This document shows, one piece after another, positions 17,417-22,885 of a stretch of DNA of 22,885 nucleotides. Location of the stretch: contig JBBQEB010000051.1 of the NCBI GenBank assembly GCA_038320275.1, forward strand, positions 1 through 22,885, in the 5' to 3' direction. Source of the DNA: Myxococcales bacterium. GTDB lineage: Bacteria > Myxococcota > Myxococcia > Myxococcales > Anaeromyxobacteraceae. The position numbers and the translations under genes were made by a program. How positions within the stretch are numbered: position 1 is the first letter of the stretch; every line of letters begins with the position of its first letter. A model generated the notes under the pieces. That model ran no database searches, had not been told where the DNA came from, and saw nothing but the letters and a program-made list of their open reading frames with translations.

Positions 17417-18898
17417 TCACCGCACCCAGGCGAGCGCGAAGGCGGCCACCAGCGCAGTCCAGAAGGCGCTGTGCAAGAGCCCGGTGCGGAGGAGGCGCGG
17501 CTCCGCGCCAGGAGCGTCGGCGGCGGCCACCGCGGCCGCGATGACCTGGGGCGCGATCATCTTGCCGAAGGGCGCGGCGATCAGCGCGATCGCTGCCACG
17601 CGCACGGGGTCGAGCCCGAGGCGCGCGGCGGTCTCCGCCTGCAAGCCGCCCAGCAGCGCGTGCGAGGCGGTGTTGCTGCCCGCGATCCCAGCGCCGAGCC
17701 AGGCGAGCCAGGGGAGGAGGGCCGGGAACGCCCGGCCCGAGCCGGCCAGCGCGACCCCCACGCTGCGGGTCATCCCGCTCGCGGCCATGAGCTGCGCCAG
17801 CGCGAACATGGCGAGCAGCGTGACGAGCGGGTGCCGGAGCTGCGTGAGGGACGCTCGGAGCGCCGCCCTCGCCTGGGCGAGGGTCGCCCGGGCCGCCAGC
17901 GCCACCAGCACCGCCGCGAGCAGGATGGCCGTGCCTGGCGAGGCGAGCACGTCGAGCTTCCAGACGGCGCCGGGAAGGCCGGGAAAGGGGACCCGCACGG
18001 TCAGCGTCGCGAGGGCGCGCGAGACGGAGGGCACCGCCCACGCGACCACGGTCGCCATGAGGATGGCGTAGGGCCAGCAAGGGCGGGCGGCGGCGAGCTT
18101 TCCGCCCGGAGCAACGGCTCCGCGGGCGAATGGCGCCGTGACCAGCACGGCCGCCATGGACGACACCGAGGCGAGCAGCGACGCCGGGTTGAAGCTCAGG
18201 TAGCGCACGGTGAACGCGAAGACGCCCCCGTAGGCGAGCCCGGCGGCGAGGGACGGGGCCCAGGTGCGGCGCAGCTCGGCGAGCCCGCCGAAGGTGAGCG
18301 TCAGCGTGGCCGGGAAGAAGGCCAGCAGGAGTCCGGCCACGGGCGCCGCCGTGCGGGCCAGCGCGCCGGGCTGGATGCGCGCCGCCTCCGACAGCACGAA
18401 GACCGGGATGCCCATGCCTCCGATCACCGGGGGCATGGAGGAGGCGACGAGCGTGTAGGCCGCGGCCTCGACTCGGGGTACGCCCAGGCCCACCAGGAGC
18501 GCCACGGAGATGGTGACCGGCGCCAGGAACCCCGCCGTGCTGTCGATGAAGGCCGCGAACCCGAACCCCACCAGCAGGAGGAGCACGAACCTGTCGCGCA
18601 CCAGCCCCGCGAGCCCCTTGCGCAGCCGCTCCGCCCAGCCGGTGACGATGGTCAGGTGATGCAGCAGGAGCGAGCCGAAGATGATGTAGACGATGGGGTG
18701 GAGCCCGGTCGCCATGCCGAAGGCCACGGCGGCTGCGGCCGTGTCCACCGGTAGTCCAAAGGCGCCGACCGAGAGCGCAAAGGCGACAGCCGCGCCGGCG
18801 AGGGAGGCGTGGGGGGAGGAGGCCCGCCGGGAGGCGATGAGCCCCAGCACGAGGACGATGGGAATCGCCGCAAGGAGAGCTCGCGTCCCGTCGCTCAC
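17417..18898 (-). CDS. L-lactate permease (LctP) family transporter, divergent
   Basis: Multi-TM protein. GFAAFIDSTAGFLAPV, GGMGIP, GSNTASHALLGGLQ and GKMIAPQ match LctP-type motifs with substitutions. Confidence 0.8.
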   Translation of the reverse strand: MSDGTRALLAAIPIVLVLGLIASRRASSPHASLAGAAVAFALSVGAFGLPVDTAAAAVAFGMATGLHPIVYIIFGSLLLHHLTIVTGWAERLRKGLAGLVRDRFVLLLLVGFGFAAFIDSTAGFLAPVTISVALLVGLGVPRVEAAAYTLVASSMPPVIGGMGIPVFVLSEAARIQPGALARTAAPVAGLLLAFFPATLTLTFGGLAELRRTWAPSLAAGLAYGGVFAFTVRYLSFNPASLLASVSSMAAVLVTAPFARGAVAPGGKLAAARPCWPYAILMATVVAWAVPSVSRALATLTVRVPFPGLPGAVWKLDVLASPGTAILLAAVLVALAARATLAQARAALRASLTQLRHPLVTLLAMFALAQLMAASGMTRSVGVALAGSGRAFPALLPWLAWLGAGIAGSNTASHALLGGLQAETAARLGLDPVRVAAIALIAAPFGKMIAPQVIAAAVAAADAPGAEPRLLRTGLLHSAFWTALVAAFALAWVR

Positions 18899-19029
18899 GT
18901 GGGCGGTGTCCTAAGTCCCAGACCCACCGTACGCCGGGGCGAGCCTCGGGCCAGACCCCACCGGGAGCGATGCGCACCCTGCCCAACAAGGAGGGTGTGC
19001 GATGTAGGGAATGGGCGCACGTTGCCCCC

Positions 19030-19752
19030 ATGAGCACCGGCGGTCCCCTCTGGCTGTGCACCTGTGCGGCACTGGCCGTCGCGTGGGTGGCGGGCTCGTC
19101 GTGGAAGGCCGAGGGCGGAGCCATGCGGGCTGCGCTGCGCGGGTCCCTGGGCGGCGCGGCGGCCGTGGCGCTCGCCTTCGTAGGCTATGGCGCGCTGCAG
19201 TTCCTCGGGCTCGAGGTGAGCTGGGAGCGGGTGGCGGGAGGGGCGTGGCCTGCGATCGGCTTCGCCCTGCTCATCGGGCTCGTGGAGGAGGGCGCGAAGC
19301 TTGCGGGCATCGCGCTCGCAGCGGGCCGATCGAGCGACGAGCGCAGCCTGATCCGCGCCACCGCCTCGGTCGCCGCCGTCTTCGCCATCGCGGAGGCAGC
19401 CCTCGCGCTCGGCGGCGCGAGCTGGCCGGTGGCGCTGGGGCGGGCCGCTTTGGGGCCGGTGGCGCACGCGCTCCTGGGCGTGCCGCTGGCGGTCGCCCTC
19501 GCGCGCGGGGGCGCGCGCCGGAACGTGGGGCTGCCGGCGCGCCTCGGGGTCGCGCTCACCGCGGCGGCGCTGCTCCACGGCCTGGGCGACTGGAGCCTCG
19601 CTCGCCCCGGGCTCGGGCAGGCGGGCTACGCGGCGGCGCTGCTCGCGCCGGCCCTGTGGCTCTTCCTGCGCGAGCGGGTGCGGGAGCCGTCGCCCACCGG
19701 GGTGCGTCGGCTTTCGGTCGGCCGGCGAGGGCTCTTCGCCTCCGCAGCGTGA
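19030..19752 (+). CDS. PrsW-family glutamic-type intramembrane protease
   Basis: GLVEEGAKL (EExxK), FAIAE (FxxxE), PVAHAL, LLHGLGD (HxxxD); hydrophobic. Confidence 0.85.
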   Translation: MSTGGPLWLCTCAALAVAWVAGSSWKAEGGAMRAALRGSLGGAAAVALAFVGYGALQFLGLEVSWERVAGGAWPAIGFALLIGLVEEGAKLAGIALAAGRSSDERSLIRATASVAAVFAIAEAALALGGASWPVALGRAALGPVAHALLGVPLAVALARGGARRNVGLPARLGVALTAAALLHGLGDWSLARPGLGQAGYAAALLAPALWLFLRERVREPSPTGVRRLSVGRRGLFASAA

Positions 19753-19763
19753 CACCGGGCTGT

Positions 19764-20132
19764 CTAAGCGGCGACCCGCCGCGCGAGGCCGACCGTCGAC
19801 ACGGTGCCCACCAGCGCGTCGATGTCGAAGGGCTTGGAGAGGAGCGCTGAGGCCGAGAGGCCGCGCGCGTCCATCGCCGACATCACCACCACCGGGATCT
19901 CGGCGAGCCGCGGATCGGCGAGCTGCGCCTCACGGAACTGCCAACCGTTCATCACCGGCATCATGAGGTCGAGCACGATCACGTCGGGCGAGAGCCGCTC
20001 GTCGCAAAGCAAGGAGAGCGCCTCCCTCCCGTTGCAATCTCCCACTACGCGGTGACCAGCCACGCCGAGCACCTCCATCACTGCCTCGCGGATCATGCAG
20101 TCGTCGTCCACCACCAGCACGAGCTTGCTCAC
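19764..20132 (-). CDS. Single-domain response regulator receiver (CheY-like)
   Basis: GGAGG then GTG 20132. VLVVDDD, VLDLMMP, MSA, SKPF. Confidence 0.9.
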   Translation of the reverse strand: MSKLVLVVDDDCMIREAVMEVLGVAGHRVVGDCNGREALSLLCDERLSPDVIVLDLMMPVMNGWQFREAQLADPRLAEIPVVVMSAMDARGLSASALLSKPFDIDALVGTVSTVGLARRVAA

Positions 20133-20371
20133 GTCGCCTCCCGTCCCGCCCCAGGGAGACGACCCTACGTCCGTCCAGCGCGTTGTCGAATCCATGACCG
20201 GTACCCGATGGGTTCCGGCCCTTCCTCGCCCCCGCAGGGCGCCGAGGGAAGCCCGGCGGCGGTGGGCAAGGCGCACGTACCCCCACGCTGCGCGGTCACG
20301 ACGCGGCGTCGGGGCGCCCGGATGCGCGCGAAACGCGCACAGTGGCCCCCCTCCTGCTATCGTCCGCCGCC

Positions 20372-21415
20372 ATGCGCAGGGTCCTCCTGGTGGATGACAG
20401 CCGGAACGTGCGCCGGATGCTCGAGGCTTGCCTGCAGCCGTGGGGCTTCGAGGTGCATCACGCGGGCGACGGCGCGGTGGCGCTGGGCCAGCTCAGGGCC
20501 TCACCGTTCGACCTCGTCTTCCTCGACATCAACATGCCCGTGCTCGACGGCCCGAGCCTCCTGCGCGTCCTGCGCGCGCAGGGCATCCAGGTGCCGGTCG
20601 TGCTCGTCACCTCGGGTGCCGCCACCAACGTCATCGCCTCCACCGTCAAGCTCGGCGCCTCCGAGTACGTCTCCAAGCCCTTCACCCCGCGGCAGATCCG
20701 CGACGTGGTCGCGCGCGCGCTCCACCTCGACCTGGCCTCGCTGCCGCAGTATCGGCCGCGCGTCCTCTTCCAGGGCCAGGAGGGAGACGCGGGGGGCGAG
20801 CTGCGCGCGCACCTGCCCGAGCACGTGGAGCTCGACGCCGTGGCCACCCTGAAGGACGCGCTCGTCGCGTGCGAGAGCGCTGCGTATGCGCTCGTCCTCT
20901 TCGACGCGAGGCTCGTCGAGGCGGCCGACCTGCTCCGTGCGCGCCAGCGGGACGCCGGGCTGCTCGCCATGCTCGACGGCGACGTGGATCGCGAGCGCAT
21001 GTTCGAGGTGGAGCCTCCGCTCGACGGCGTCGTGCCGCGCACCCTCGACGACGCCCTCGTGCGGGACGTTCTCTACCCCAACTTCCTGCGCCCGCTGGCC
21101 TTCGCCGAGGGCGGCACCATCCGCGCCTCCGGCTACGAAGGAGCTCCCGCGCACCTCGGCGCGTACTTCCGGCAGCTCGGCAGGGCGCTGCGCTCCCGGG
21201 CAGAGCTGGAGGTGCAGGTGGCGCCGGACGTGGCGCTGGACCTGTGTCGCGTCCCCCCCGACGCGGCGCGGGTCGCCGCGCTCGTGCGTGGGCTCTGCGC
21301 GGACCTCGACGCGCTCGGGGCCGCCGCGGCCTTCACCGTCACGCCCGAGGTGCGCGAGCGCCTGGTCGGGCCGCATGCCATCGCCAACGCGGTGGTCCTC
21401 GTGCCGGGGCGATAG
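20372..21415 (+). CDS. Response regulator: intact N-terminal receiver plus uncharacterised C-terminal region
   Basis: VLLVDDS, FLDINMP, VTS, SKPF. ATG 20372 follows TGCTATCGT. Confidence 0.88.
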   Translation: MRRVLLVDDSRNVRRMLEACLQPWGFEVHHAGDGAVALGQLRASPFDLVFLDINMPVLDGPSLLRVLRAQGIQVPVVLVTSGAATNVIASTVKLGASEYVSKPFTPRQIRDVVARALHLDLASLPQYRPRVLFQGQEGDAGGELRAHLPEHVELDAVATLKDALVACESAAYALVLFDARLVEAADLLRARQRDAGLLAMLDGDVDRERMFEVEPPLDGVVPRTLDDALVRDVLYPNFLRPLAFAEGGTIRASGYEGAPAHLGAYFRQLGRALRSRAELEVQVAPDVALDLCRVPPDAARVAALVRGLCADLDALGAAAAFTVTPEVRERLVGPHAIANAVVLVPGR

Positions 21416-21422
21416 CGAGGCT

Positions 21423-21788
21423 TCAGGTCGGCGGCTTCTCCCCGCCCTCCGGCCCGTAGAACAGCACCCAGGTGAAGAAGTCCTCGCCGAAGCTCTCGAA
21501 ACGGTGCTCCTCGCCCGCCGCGGCGAAGAGCACGTCGCCCGGCGCGAAGGCGAACCTCTGCCCACCGTTCACGTAGAAGCCGCTCCCCCGGATGACGACG
21601 TAGATCTCGTCTCGCGTGTGGGGCCGCTGGGAGTCCCGGCCGCGGGGCGCGAACACGTCCACCTGCAGGGAGCCGTGCCGGAAGGCGTTCTCGAAGCGCT
21701 TGCCGCCCCGCGCCGGCAGGCGCCGCATCGCCGTGGCCGCCGCCACCTGCCGTCCGGAATCGAACCGCTCCTCGTCGTCGTCCGCCAT
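21423..21788 (-). CDS. Cupin domain protein
   Basis: Q.PHTRDEIYVVIRGSG and PGDVLF..AGEEHRF (H, E, H metal ligands). Confidence 0.9.
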   Translation of the reverse strand: MADDDEERFDSGRQVAAATAMRRLPARGGKRFENAFRHGSLQVDVFAPRGRDSQRPHTRDEIYVVIRGSGFYVNGGQRFAFAPGDVLFAAAGEEHRFESFGEDFFTWVLFYGPEGGEKPPT

Positions 21789-21810
21789 GGGGATCCTCTC
21801 GGCCGCGGCT

Positions 21811-22329
21811 TCAGCGCGCCGGCAGCTTGATGCCCATCGCGATGAGCTCGAGCACCACTTCCGCGTTGGCCTTGGCGTCGTTCACCGGATCGTGATCGTG
21901 CGCGGTCTTGCGCAGGTGCTTCCAGGTGGCGAAGCCGTCCTTCACCATCCCGCAGTACAGGTCGCCGATGCGGCGGCCGCTCCAGCCGAAGGGGTTGCGG
22001 CCCAGGAAGGCGTGAAAGTACCAGTTCACCCACTGCCAGTCGAAGGCCAGGTTGTCCGACATGAACACCGGCTTGCCCTTGGAGGACGCCAGGATCCAGC
22101 GCTCGAAGCGCTCCATGACCGGCCCGGGCTCCTCGAAGCGCAGGTGCTCCTCGCGCGTCACGTGGGAGATGGCGAGCGACTCCGGCACCCAGCGGTCCGA
22201 CACCGGGCGCACCCGCCCGCGGAAGGTCTGGCCGAGCGAAGGCTCCACCAGCACGGCACCAAAGGACACCATGGAGTAGAGGTGCGGCGCCGGGCCGTCT
22301 GCCTCGACGTCCACCACGATGAGGGACAT
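21811..22329 (-). CDS. DEDDh 3'-5' exonuclease (small stand-alone, DnaQ-like)
   Basis: ExoI VDVEADG, ExoII DNLAFDW, ExoIII HDPVNDA. Confidence 0.88.
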   Translation of the reverse strand: MSLIVVDVEADGPAPHLYSMVSFGAVLVEPSLGQTFRGRVRPVSDRWVPESLAISHVTREEHLRFEEPGPVMERFERWILASSKGKPVFMSDNLAFDWQWVNWYFHAFLGRNPFGWSGRRIGDLYCGMVKDGFATWKHLRKTAHDHDPVNDAKANAEVVLELIAMGIKLPAR

Positions 22330-22371
22330 GGGGCAATCATGGCATGGACCGGCCCGCGCTGCGCGCCGGCG

Positions 22372-22884
22372 TCACCCCGCCCCGACCGGCCGGAGCGACG
22401 CGACGAGCGGGGAGGGCGCGCCCACGGTGGCGATCCAGAGCTGGTGCGAGGCGCGCGTGACCGCCACGTGCAGGCGCCGGCGCGACTCTTCGTCGGCGGG
22501 ATAAGCCGCCGCGGAGGCGTCCGGGACCACGACGTAGTCGAACTCCAGGCCTTTCACGCTCTCCACGTCGGTGAGATCGACGCCGGGCCGGAAGGAGAAC
22601 TCGCCGTCGAGGACCACCCGCGCCTCGGGCAGGTCGGCCAGCAGGCGGTGAATCCCGAGAGCGACCTCTGGCCCGCGGGCGATGACGGCCACCGACGCCC
22701 GCGGCTCGCGCTCCACGAGCTCGCGCACCGCCCCGGCCACGAAGATGTGGGCGTGCGCCTCGGTGGGGAAGTCGAACCTTCCCACCGGCACCCCGGGCCT
22801 TCCGCGGCGGAGGGGGCGGCCCGAAGCCAGCGGCCCGAGCACCTCCTGCGCCAGGCGGGCCACGGGCTCGGGGCAGCGATAGGT
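22372..22884 (-). CDS. SF1 UvrD/HelD-like helicase, C-terminal part (5' end outside window)
   Basis: TYRCPEPV, motif V VKGLEFD, motif VI LHVAVTRA. The frame is open to the window edge. Confidence 0.85.
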   Translation of the reverse strand, partial: TYRCPEPVARLAQEVLGPLASGRPLRRGRPGVPVGRFDFPTEAHAHIFVAGAVRELVEREPRASVAVIARGPEVALGIHRLLADLPEARVVLDGEFSFRPGVDLTDVESVKGLEFDYVVVPDASAAAYPADEESRRRLHVAVTRASHQLWIATVGAPSPLVASLRPVGAG

Positions 22885-22885
22885 A

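Noticed and set aside
20133..20371. c-di-GMP or other riboswitch in the hairpin-rich gap between the response regulators
   Set aside because: Several GC hairpins are present, but no recognisable consensus; hairpins are expected by chance at this GC content.

Overview
Very GC-rich bacterial chromosomal window; gene content and the (GGTCGN)n repeats suggest an Anaeromyxobacter-like myxobacterium (inference). It starts in a poly-G/low-complexity contig end. In order it holds: a YqiA-like esterase missed by the ORF track, rarA, nadK, a truncated ISAs1-family transposase, an ogt/ada-type methyltransferase broken by one TAG, yjbQ, a DUF438-hemerythrin-PAS protein, tesB, a selenoneine-type senA-senB pair downstream of pfkA and a degenerate CarH/MerR-like regulator, a MITE-like element, SPFH-NfeD, an MCP with a periplasmic CxxCH heme-c motif, a BtuF-like protein with no signal peptide, an LctP-like permease, PrsW, two response regulators, a cupin, a DEDDh exonuclease and the 3' part of a UvrD/HelD-like helicase. 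Most notable: (i) senAB without adjacent selD/egtD, in a possible regulator-pfkA-senA-senB unit; (ii) two genes that appear to need CTG start codons; (iii) a helical-sensor MCP with CxxCH; (iv) a REP-like palindrome plus microsatellite translated in frame inside a protein linker; (v) repeated leaderless-type -10/ATG arrangements. All family calls come from motif recognition by eye, not from database searches.
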